A stretch of DNA of 60,928 nt, counting the filler, from Sphacelaria rigidula (taxonomy: Eukaryota), in assembly GCA_964200075.2 (NCBI GenBank). It is 9 parts of 9 records of this genome, joined end to end, with 100 filler letters (N's around TTAATTAATTAA, not from the genome) between each part and the next. Parts side by side here need not be neighbours in the genome. Positions count along the whole stretch, not along the records: positions 47,469 to 54,148 come from CAXNAA020018667.1; positions 54,249 to 60,928 come from CAXNAA020018668.1; 7 more parts are not named here. One strand, written 5' to 3'. The notes below the pieces were generated by a model. It ran no database searches, was not told where the DNA came from, and saw only the letters and a program-made list of their open reading frames with translations. Made by a program: the position numbers and the translations under genes. Within the stretch, counting starts at the first letter, position 1. Each line of letters starts with the position of its first letter. Positions 50,559-60,928 of this stretch are shown in pieces.

Positions 50559-52936
50559 TGCTTCGGGAAGAACAACAAGGGACAGCTGGGACTCGACGAC
50601 ACGAATCACCGAGGCGACGAGCCTCTCGAAATGGGGGACAATCTACCCGCCGTCGACCTCGGAGAAAACCGAACGGCGGTGGCCGTGTCGGCGGAGGGCG
50701 ACAGGACGTGCGTCATCCTCGACACCGGTAACGTGCGTTGCTGGGGGGACGGACAGTTCGGAGCGCTGGGGACCGGTTCTCAGAGAGATGCCGGGAACGG
50801 AGAGGATGCTATCGCTCCCATAGTGTCCACCGGTACTACGGCAACGGCCATCGGGGAGGGCCCCTGCATTGTCACCATCGACGGGGATGTCAAGGTGCAT
50901 TTTTCGTGGTGGGAGGGACAGGGGGTTGGTTTGTTGTCGGTAGTTCCGAAGACCTCAGCCAGGTTGCGATACAGTAACCATCCGTCAATGGATTATTCTC
51001 AAATTATTATCATATCCGTCACATTAGCTCGATCTCTCGAACCTGTGGTCAGAGAGTGCAAGGAGCATACCACCCATACCTACAACCTAAATAACCCGTA
51101 GAAGAAGGCAAGAAACAAAACAACTACGCGAAAAAAGGGACACTCACCTACACTACGAAAGATCCGTATGAGACCAAATGAACAATGGAAAATGGAAAAT
51201 AATTGGCAAACTGCCTGTGCGAGGTTTTTGATACGGTTGTGTGTCGGTGACCGCGAAGGCCCAAGCCCAGTCGAAACTGAGTCACCATCCGTCGTTGGAT
51301 GATGGTCAATGTGTTGTTCTCTGTTGTCGACGATGGCGAACTGGCGATGTGGTACGTCGTATGTATTTTTCATTCGTGGATAATAACGTGATCCAGACAC
51401 ACAGCTGTAGATTGTGCGGTTGGAAACGCCAATTCGCACAGATTCAAAAGGAGAAATGTGTATTTATTATTATGGCACGTGATGGTCAAGACACTGGCAC
51501 TGAGAGAGAATAAGTCAAATAAGAAGTCCGCGTTTTGCTGATTTTACAAGCTATGCGTTGATGTAGCATGTTTTTCAGGGAGTGTTGGGTAGGATAAATA
51601 CCCGGGTATTCACTCTCCCGCATGTTGCGTTGCGATGGTCCGATCTCCGTAATCTACCGAAGTGTTGGGTATAGGAAGATACGATCGCAGTACTCTATCC
51701 AGTATCTGAATACTGAGTGATGCTACGGTAGGGGTGCACAAATATTTTTTGAGGTTCGAACTGTTAGGAGCCCTTTATCTCATCCAAAACATGACTCATG
51801 GAAATATGCGAGAGTACGCCAGTATTACTATTCCAATGTGCTGGCGATATCCCGAATAAATCTGCAAGCGAGGATGCCCTGTCCCGTATTCTTGTGCGTC
51901 TAGAATCGTCAGGAGCCCCTGAACCAGACAAGATTTCGCGAAAAAAGTACACCCCTATCGTAGCATTACTCTACTGTCGAGTACCGTCTCCATACTCTAC
52001 CCAAGTTTGAGGTACTTGAGGTTCGAGGTTGAGAAAGTGCCGGAAAGTAGGAAATGTCCTGCCCAATACACCCTTGCCCACGTCGGACAGCTCATGAACT
52101 AGCTACCTGGATATTACTTGTTATTAGACTACTGATCTGGATCATGAGCTAGCTCATTTGGCCACAATTTCCGTATTAGCTCTCGACAGCGATGGACACC
52201 GAAAACGCCATGTAGCGGGAAGGTGACTCTTTGGCTTCTCGGACACTGTTGTCACGTGTTTCGTGTTGTGGTACAATGAATCTGAGAGTTCTGTTTGATT
52301 ACTTATTTCAGGTAGCTCATGACCTGTCCGACGTGTGCACCTCTTAGCTCATGAGTTGTTCGACGTGTGCACCCTTGTGAGTTTAACCAGATTGCGTGCT
52401 TTTTCGTCGACAAATAAGACTTTGGACGATGAAAGCAAGATGACCTACCATCTCTGGGTGTGCGCTCGCCGTCAGTAACAAGTCGCAACAGAAAAAGCTT
52501 TCAACCGGAGATAAGTAGGGTGTTCGTTGAGTCTGTGCGCCTTGCAAACACGGATCGCCTCCTCCTCTTCCTCCTCCTGCTCCTGCTTGCACGTCGAGAA
52601 AAATGATCAATTGAAAAAAAACTACCGAAACATGAATATTGCAACACTTTCCGCTGACCCCCACACGGTATGTCGTGTGCGGTCTCCCGTCTGCCGTCTT
52701 CTCTTTGCATTTTTTTTTTCAACCTTTCATCTCCTTTAATGTCGGTGGTGTGGCAGTGCTGGGGGAAGGGGTACTACGGAAAAAACGGACAGGGCGACAC
52801 GGAGAACATCGGGGACGAGCCGAACGAAATGGGGTCTGCTCTCCCGACCATCAACATTGGAACGGATCAATCGGCTTTCTCTGTGACCGGGGGTCGCGAC
52901 TACGTGTGCACGTTGACAACGGACGGTCTCGTCAAG
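50559..52936 (+). CDS. RCC1/BLIP-II beta-propeller repeat protein, internal exons 50559-50894 and 52757-52936
   Basis: CFGKNNKGQLGLDDTNHRGDEPLEMGDNLPAVDLG..TCVILDTGNVRCWGDGQFGALG..DGDVK|CWGKGYYGKNGQGDTENIGDEPNEMGSALPTINIG..VCTLTTDGLVK; RCC1 repeats, phase-0 GT-AG introns. Confidence 0.92.
51715..51971. mobile_element. MITE, family A copy 2 (in RCC1-gene intron), flanked by TACT direct repeat
   Basis: tact|GAGTGATGCTACGGTAGGGGTGCAC ... GTACACCCCTATCGTAGCATTACTC|tact. Confidence 0.82.
52079..52335. mobile_element. MITE family E copy 2
   Basis: CACGTCGGACAGCTCATGA ... TCATGACCTGTCCGACGTG; homologous to 46640-46896. Confidence 0.65.
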
Positions 52937-53011
52937 GTGGGAAGACATAACGCGATTAGGATTCAGCCGGGCGAGGACAGGAGGGGGGAGGGGGGAGGGG
53001 GGGTTGATGGA

Positions 53012-53145
53012 CACCCTGAACAAAATATCCTATCGTCAAAAGATGTACTGCGTACAGTATGGAATCTATCGTATGTTGCAATAGGCACAATAGTCGATAC
53101 GGTACGCAGTACACTTTTTGACCGTGTCTTGTTATGTCCAGGGTG
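53012..53145. mobile_element. 134-bp fold-back element, family G copy 1 (intronic)
   Basis: CACCCTGAACA..GTACTGCGTACAGTAT..ATACGGTACGCAGTAC..TGTCCAGGGTG; same length and sequence family as 56279-56412. Confidence 0.8.
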
Positions 53146-53929
53146 TGGATGGATGGCGGAGCGAGGTTGAGGGCGACGGCTGGTGTAGCTGTGCTTCTAC
53201 TTCGCTTGGGCTATTCATCTACACTTGTCTCTGCGCTGGGTACCACAGGCAGCAACCACTCCCGTTAAGTCCTCTGCAAAAGTGCACTCTGATTCATGAC
53301 AGTCATGCACTTGATCTTGATGTTGAAGTGGAGACGTGTTCGGGCGCACGTGGATGGATACGTATACCTGGCAGTCGTGTGCCATGCACCATGTGAAGCT
53401 CTATGCCAATTCAACATATGGGCGCATACCCTCGTCTGATCGGTTCAAGGGGGCTATCGTTGACCGTCTCATGGGGTCAAACGCTTCTCAACTGGTGACT
53501 TATCAATACCATTTGATGTGCACGAAAAATGATCTACAGAAACATGAACCTCCGAGGGTAAAATGACAAATCGAAAGGTATTTTAAGACCAAAAATAGTA
53601 ACATAGGGACACTACAACATACACATTAACACACACATTTATGTATATGTGTGTGTATACGTTGAAACAAAATATCTCGTGTGGTTCACGAAACGAAATT
53701 ATCATTTGGGCAAACGTCACAGTAGGGTATACCATGGTGCATTAGCGACAAACCTGGGTACCCTGTTTGTTTGGAGGAGAAACGAGAGCAGCTGATTGGC
53801 CAATGACCATTTTCACCCGGCGGCGGCGGTAGACGGCCACGGTATACCCTGCTGTGACTACTTTTCTCCCAATTGTACCCTTGTTTTTGGAATTGTACCC
53901 ACATGTGACGGGAAATCAGTCTCTTCCAT

Positions 53930-54135
53930 CGGCCATCTTCGACGCAACAATCGCTTCCCGCCCCCAGCAATGGGCCCCAAAATACAGATCTTACCGCTGC
54001 AAACAACCATGCAGCCCGTGCAGAATATCGTGACCACGGATCTTCCATCGGCCACTTTGGCCGAAGGAATCACTTCCCCCTCCCAGCAAAGGGCCCCAAG
54101 ATACAGATCTTACCGTTGCGAACAACCGCGGAACC
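53930..54135. repeat. Tandem duplication of ~120-bp unit at scaffold end
   Basis: Two copies of cttccatcggcca..ttccc..cccagcaa.gggcccaa.atacagatcttaccg. Confidence 0.7.
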
Positions 54136-54564
54136 CCGCTCAATGCCGNNNNNNNNNNNNNNNNNNNNNNNNNNNNNNNNNNNNNNNNNNNNTTAATTAA
54201 TTAANNNNNNNNNNNNNNNNNNNNNNNNNNNNNNNNNNNNNNNNNNNNAATGGACACAATCCCGGGGAGCGGTGGATTCTCATTTCAAAATACCTTCTCA
54301 TTTTTCTGGCAACCCTGTTATTGGGGGAATTAGGCACCTAAATTCGATCGGACGCCAAAATCGTTCTTCACCCAGGACTCCCAACATTTCGGTTATCGAG
54401 ATCCGAATTTGTATGGCGTGTAGTAGTTGTGAATATCCACCAGTAAGTGAAAAAATGGAAACATACTTCGAAGATTTGGTGTGGATACGAAGATTTTACT
54501 TCTCCAGGCTTTCATCCCCAATAAAAAATCTATCCCCAATTCGCAAAATCCCGCGTTTATCAGT

Positions 54565-55145
54565 CACTTTTGTTCATGACTCGAGGGATGCGGCGATATT
54601 CACCCATTTCTCGAACTCGGATCAACCGGCGTCATCTCAACGGGTGCTGACCTTGTTTGTGTGCGTCCTGTGCGCGCGGCTCACACAAACCATCGTTTCC
54701 CGTCGAATTTTGAAGTTTGTGCAAGGTCACGCACCACGTGCTCCGCTAATAATGGGCAGCTCCGGCTTGAGCTGTGTCGTTGGTTCGTGGGAACACAAGT
54801 CTTCCTCTCGGGGCAAAGCGTCCCCACCTCCAGCGTGTCTTCGTCTTGCACGCATGTTCTATCGTCTCAACTATACTAATCAATTTTTTTTCCTGTATGC
54901 ACTGCTGCCGCAGCTACTACTTTACGCTGTAAATGCTAGTTTTGTTCATGAGTAGCTCCAGATGCAGCGGTAATCACTTTTGCAAATTTGAATCAACATC
55001 ATCTTAACGGGTGCTGAGTCGTTGTGTGCCGTTGTGTGGGTGGATGTGTTTGTGTGTGTATGTGTGTGTGTGTGTGTGTGATGTGCGCGCCTCACACCAA
55101 TCATAGGTACTCATCGAAATCCAAACAGGTTTGTGCAAGTTTACA
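54565..55145. repeat. Diverged direct duplication (~370-bp spacing)
   Basis: tttgttcatga..gatgc.gcg..catct.aacgggtgctga..gcgcg..ctcacac..tttgtgcaag at ~54568 and ~54940. Confidence 0.65.
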
Positions 55146-56278
55146 CACTTTCTTAGTTGATGAGCAGCTGCTGTGTACGGCTTTCTTGGCTGTTAATTCC
55201 ATCAAGCATGGCGGCGAGAGCCGTCAAACATTTGTAAATATTCATCACGTATTCCGAGCGCATGTCGGACGGCAACAGCCAACTCAATCACGTTTCTTGT
55301 CGAGTTCCATCACTATTGGCATAGCGCCGAATCCTACACCGTTATGCCCACCGTGAATGCGCGAAATATGCTGTCAATAAACCCCGGTGTACAAAAATAA
55401 AAATATCCCAACACATCGAGTATCTGTACAATACACACTCTCGTCTCTAGCTAGCTGTGGGCGAAACAATCTCCAGCGTCGGGTACACTCATTCATCCAT
55501 CATGACTGTTTTTTGACCTGACTGCTTCTCGGACTGGACTCCCCTCCTAACACTTTCCTGCATGACGCTGTACTGTATGTAACTCGTACAACACCTGCTA
55601 CTGCCCTCCCCCCCCAACCCGCCCCCCTGAGGTGCAGCGCTGCCGCACGCGGTTTTTCATATTCCGGCTACGGATAACAAAGCATGTACATCTACTTGAC
55701 CCAACAATGATGACGAACACACACCGCTCCCACCAGATATGTATATTTGTAAAAACCAGCCATTGTAGAGATAACAGTAATGAGGGAAACGCCTTTTTGC
55801 CCATTCCGAAGTCATGCACTGAAGGCGTGATGAAAAAAAAAACGAAAAAATGAAAAAACATCGACATCACAAAAACTCACTCGACAACCTGCTGCCCGAC
55901 TGCACATCTTGACCGGGATCCGCGAGTACCCTCAGAACATTCCTTCCAAAGATGAGGCACAAAAGTCTAGGGCTATAATTCCACTCCTTTGTAAGTAGTT
56001 TTAAGAAGAATAACTGTGTTTGTCTTACATCGGCCTAATGAATCCTACCAACATGACTCATTTCAAAATATTCACTACTGACGGGGCAAACAGGCGCTGC
56101 GCCGTGAACCAACCACATGGACGACTCTTTTTTAAAATATTGACTAAAAACGGCACGAGCCTACGTACTGCACCGTTTCCCGCTTCAGGTACTACTGCTC
56201 AAGCGTATCGCTTGTACTCTCACCGCTACTTTTTTTCCGGCTTGTATTTTTCATTCCCGAACATGTGTATACCTAACA

Positions 56279-56412
56279 TACCCTGGACAATAGAATACAC
56301 GGTCGAAAAACGTACTGCGTACAGTATGGAATATTTTGTCCATTGCAATAGACAGTAGATCCCATACTGTACGCAGTACATTTTTCGATCGTGTATTCTG
56401 TTGTCCAGGGTA
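56279..56412. mobile_element. 134-bp fold-back element, family G copy 2
   Basis: TACCCTGGACAATAGAATACACG ... CGTGTATTCTGTTGTCCAGGGTA; near-perfect ~55-bp arms. Confidence 0.85.
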
Positions 56413-59400
56413 TGGTACTTAATAAGACATCACCCCACGAATCTTTAGTTGTAAACCCACAAAACCACGCGCAAAATATAGAAAACAGACACAGAAACGG
56501 AAAATGACGCCCCCCTCCCCCCCCTCCCCGCACGACAAACACGCAACGCACAACGCTTCAAGCAAACGCAGCAAATCACCCCACGAAAGTTTGATTTTGT
56601 ACATATGTTCTGCAGGAAGTCGTTGCTGATATCATTTACTTTGCTGTATTCTATGCACATACCAAACCGATGCGTTGGTGCGCACAAGCAAGCAAGTCTA
56701 AAAAATCGAGACCGCTTGCTTTCATGCGCATCCAAGCCGAAGCAGAGTGTAAGTTTTAGAGCTGCACTGCTAAACACTACATTTCTTCGAGGGCAAGTTT
56801 TCGCAATGCACCCACGCGAAACGATCGTTTACATTTCGCCATGCAACACTCATTGCGACACACGAGGTCAACGGTATAGTTCCACGTATCCCTCTCTTCC
56901 ATTTCGGAAGCCCAATCTCTTCGTCAACGCGACTACAAAACAAACGGGAATTAAAAAGCCCCCCCCCCCCCCCCCCCACGTACTTCTCTCCAAACTAATA
57001 TCTCCCGACTGTGACAAACTCACTGCAATTACACGCGGGGGTAAGACGAAAAAAAAAGAAAAAAAGAGGGAGAAAAAAAAAGGGTTTTTACATCGCACTC
57101 GCACACAACTCATGGCACCACGCATTGAACGCATATAAAACTTCCCATCACTCAAATCGACATCTATATCGTCGCGGTAGTACAAAAACATCGAGTATAA
57201 ATAGCACACCCATGAAATCACCCCACCACCCATGTAACATGAGATCGAAAATACGGTGAACCTGAACGTTGTAGGGTCGGATAGGGGTTAAAATAAAAAG
57301 GAAACAAAAAAAGGCCGTCTACACAGAGGAAAACAACACATGAGCTACTTCGAAAGCGAGCGGAAGACACTCCTCCACAGCATTTCTACGTTTTGTACAT
57401 GATATACGCGGGTCACCGCGATGCTAGACTCTCGATCACGGTACGGTGGGCAGGGGTACTGGTAGGCGGCCAATCTCCCCCGCTCCCATTTCCTCCCTCG
57501 CCCCGCCCCGTCCAATTTGCTACAAATAATGACTCGCTGCTCGCCGACTACACTTACAGTATAGTTGTAGATATAGTTGTAGAATCGGAACACACCCCAA
57601 ATACTTTCTTTCATCTGATTTGACAAGTGACAGTGTAACCAGAATAAACATCCATCTGGTTGTTGGGTCGGACTCAAAGTCGCATGACAACCGTATATGC
57701 GTCTCTAGCATCGCTCACGACCGACGAAACTGTCAAGCAAAACTCTATCGCCCCTCGCCTTGCCTCCCTCTCAGGCCACCACTTTTCGTCACAGCATCCA
57801 GGCTCAGGCCGGACTCCTTTTTTGGTGGCCCTCCCTCCCCCAACAACCTCCCCTCCACCCCAAAACTGCCTTTCGGTGTCCACCATTCGGCATCATGACG
57901 TACTGATCAAAACTTGCAAAAATGCACAAGCAAGCAAAAAAAGTGTAATTCCTCAACAAGGAAAGCGCAACGCATGATACATCGCTTCAGCTGTCCTCTC
58001 GGCCAGAGAGGAAAAGTCAACACCAACCACGACACGTAAACACCCAGCCCCCCAAAATCACTCATGAACAGAGCATTTAGAAGCGAACAGTACAACCCGT
58101 CACAAATTTCTCCTTCCCCCACCCCCTTTACCGTACCTTTCCCCTTTTTCATCAGAGCAGAGGGAATTTCGCCCACTCACCACACGCCCTTGAAGCATGC
58201 GCACGACCCCTATAGGTTTCTCTTCGACAGCACATATAAATCTGTAAAAACAGTCAGCAAACATCAGCTGAGGGGAGGGCGGGGGGGGGGATTCCACAAA
58301 GAACACGTTCTTCTACGAGAACACAAATTGCGTAAAAACAAAAAAAGGCGGCGGAAAATACAAATCATGTTGCCGCTTCTTCAACCCAAAGCAAAAAAAT
58401 AAAAGGCGAAAAAACAAGAAAAAAACTCTATTTCATGTAACATCCCGCGGGAAACACATGCCCCATTTCTACTAGTCCCTCCACGTTCTTGCCGCGCGGT
58501 CATGTTCCACATTTTCGATATGTCACTGACGGACCGAAAATGATCGTTTCCAGGCAAGTCAAAAGTCGTATCTTGACACTTTTTCTCCCGCCATGTTCCT
58601 CTTCTCCACGTACAGTTTCACAAGCCAGCCGACTCTGAGGGAGTGGAGCAAAAGCTCAACCCGAGAGAGAGAACACCTATACAACAACTACAACTGCGCA
58701 TTCCGTCACCAGAAACCGGGAATATAGGATGAGATACAAACTCGAAAAAAATGTCGAGCCACATGCATGCTTTCTCCACAAGGCACTGCACGGCAACGCA
58801 TTTTTTGAAGCCGGTACACTTCTGCCGAAAGACAACGGGGCACAATGGTAACGCCTTCCGTTACAAAGATTGACGTCCTCAGTGCACCTACATCACTTCC
58901 CCCCCACAAAGCTTCTTTCGCTCTCCGCATGATTCGCGGGCGTGTCGGCTGTCCTTTCGGTGGGTTAAAACGGCCGCATCCGCTTTTCATCCGCCAAATC
59001 TCGATGGCGAAGTCCGGAGCGGCCCCCTTAGAAGTCCTACATCTCCAACCAACACGTTCGGTAGAGTTTCGTCACTTGCATGCGTATCACGTTCGAGGTT
59101 CCCGACCAGTCTGGCTGGAATTGTCGGCGCAACTTGTCAACAGTAATCTCGCACAAAATGGAAACCCCGGACAACGGATAATGGACAGGTGATGACGGAA
59201 TAACAAACAACGTGGGGAATGCCTCAGCCACGTCATATGGACGATAGCCCTCGAACCCTGGCCTCCCCCACACTCCCCTTTGCCCGACCTCGCTTTGTGT
59301 GTTTGGTTATCAACACACGAAGTCGTGCCCACCATACACGGCCCAATGACCTCCTGAGTAACAGGACTATGTGCAGAAAAATTAACAGGGTTAAAGATAG

Positions 59401-59620
59401 ACAACAAAGATACAACAAAACATGTACCATTTGCATCGACACACATACAATCAGAGCTGAAGCTAAAACGAATGGGAAATGACGGGTCAAGCTTGATTCC
59501 GTTAATTTCTCTCATACCCAGTCATGCATCTTCCACGAAGGCCCATCGGCACCGCGGATCCCCCCCCTCCCTCCCCGCCCCCTGCTCCTTCCTCGCTGGA
59601 GCCGAAATGCCTAAATAAAC

Positions 59621-60493
59621 TCAGGCGACGATCGTCCTGTGCTTGTTCTCCGCGGCTGCGTGAGGAGTCACCACGGGGCGCGTGCGACACTCCAGCAGGA
59701 TCGCACTTGCCTCGTAGTCCATGGGTCCGAAGCGCCCCTCTTGCTGTTGCTGTTGTTGCTGCTGCAACTGCCGCTCCTCTTCCTTCCTCTCCGGGTACAA
59801 CACATTCCGGTTCAGGCTGCCCCTACTGGTGCGCGCAGCGCCACAGCCTTGGCCTTGGCGGCTATGGTGGTAGCGGCTACTGTGCTGCTGCTGCTGATTG
59901 CGGTGAAATGCCGTCTTGCCCTCGGTGGCGGTCATGGTATTGGTGCGCGGGGACAGCGCAAACGCTGCCTTGGGCGAGCGGGACGGGGCAGCCGCCGCCA
60001 AGGGGCTGTTACCCGGCGCCACGGGCGGCAGCATCTTGGACGACGACGGGTACGCCTGAGCAGCCGACACGAACGGAGGAAGGGGTGGCATTCCCCTGCT
60101 GGTGGACACCTCTTCCTTTACACGAGTGGCGCTGTGGCCTCGGCTACCGCTGATATCAGCGGCGTGATAGGGGGCGTGGGCGGGTGGTGCAGACGGCGAC
60201 AGGATCTTGCTGATGGGGCCATCCACGCGATCGGAGACAGCCGTTGTGCCGTATAGCCTTTTGGGGCAAAAGTCCAGCCAGCTCTCGGAGGTAGCGCGCT
60301 GTATATCATGCAAACCGCGGAGGGGGGCAAAATGGGTGACAATGGAGGAACCACGACTTTTCGAAGAAGAAAAAAATGAAGAGTATACCACAAATGGTGA
60401 ACGGCTGGCTCGTGCGGTATCATCAGCTCGAGCCCATGTTGGAGTACCATCTTGAAGGCGGGTCATTTCAAATCCAACACTGGGGGGGTTATC
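59621..60493 (-). CDS. 3'-terminal exon(s) of an unknown low-complexity (Pro/Ser/Gln-rich) protein; likely exons ~60493-60389 and 60298-59621
   Basis: Long GC-rich open frame with poly-Q tracts ending ...GPMDYEASAILLECRTRPVVTPHAAAENKHRTIVA*. Candidate acceptors CATACAG and ATATACAG, donor GTG|GTATAC. Confidence 0.65.
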   Translation of the reverse strand, partial: DNPPSVGFEMTRLQDGTPTWARADDTARASRSPFVVYSSFFSSSKSRGSSIVTHFAPLRGLHDIQRATSESWLDFCPKRLYGTTAVSDRVDGPISKILSPSAPPAHAPYHAADISGSRGHSATRVKEEVSTSRGMPPLPPFVSAAQAYPSSSKMLPPVAPGNSPLAAAAPSRSPKAAFALSPRTNTMTATEGKTAFHRNQQQQHSSRYHHSRQGQGCGAARTSRGSLNRNVLYPERKEEERQLQQQQQQQQEGRFGPMDYEASAILLECRTRPVVTPHAAAENKHRTIVA

Positions 60494-60928
60494 TGTATGG
60501 TGGGCGTCAGGACACAGCAGTGGAACACGGTATATCAGACATGCAGGCCCGTGCACCATGCATACATAGTACAGCATATTCAGGGAGTGTCGTGGAATGT
60601 TACCTCACGAATCACCTTGAACGAGACCAGAAAATGATGAGGGGAAACAAAGAATGGGTTTCACGTCCTGTGATTGGTAGCTGCCACTCTTGTGATCGGC
60701 AACAGATGAGCAACCATGAGGGCGAAACCGCCAAAATATATTTCTTTGGTCGTTTCCAAATACGTCTCATGTATATATTTTTCCTGTTGAGAGGGGTACT
60801 CATTTGTTGCTTGCCTTAGTCGTTTGACCTTTGACCACGAATCCCTTTTGGGACGGAGAGGGGAGGGGGGGGGCGTACTCATTTGTTGCTTGCCTTAGTC
60901 GTTTGACCATTGACCACGCATCCCTTTC

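Noticed and set aside
33998..52936. Functional cluster of PFAS, SDR and RCC1 genes
   Set aside because: The genes are on separate scaffolds joined by linkers.
59524..60256. Two long plus-strand ORFs (209 and 205 aa)
   Set aside because: Antisense shadows of the GC-rich minus-strand exon.

Overview
Intron-rich eukaryotic DNA, most consistent with a brown alga (Phaeophyceae, Ectocarpus-like), inferred from short GT-AG exons, repeat-filled introns and gene content. It is not one locus. It is nine scaffolds of 6682, 6682, 6681, 6681, 6681, 6681, 6680, 6680 and 6680 bp, sorted by size and joined by artificial 100-bp linkers (N44-TTAATTAATTAA-N44), so no synteny can be read across the linkers. Most ORF-track entries are spurious. 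Manual splicing gives partial genes for a TMEM94/ERMA-like membrane protein (six 3' exons), FGAM synthase PFAS/PurL (four exons), an extended-SDR DFR/CCR-like reductase (six exons), an RCC1-repeat protein with exons cut at repeat boundaries, a divergent FANCI/FANCD2-like solenoid, a RanBP2 zinc-finger exon and a low-complexity terminal exon. Non-coding DNA holds many non-autonomous element families that recur across scaffolds: hAT-type MITEs with 8-bp TSDs, Tc1/mariner-type MITEs, MITEs with 4-bp flanking repeats, long fold-back hairpins, a structured tRNA-like SINE, satellites and microsatellites. No complete novel multi-gene system can be supported from this window.
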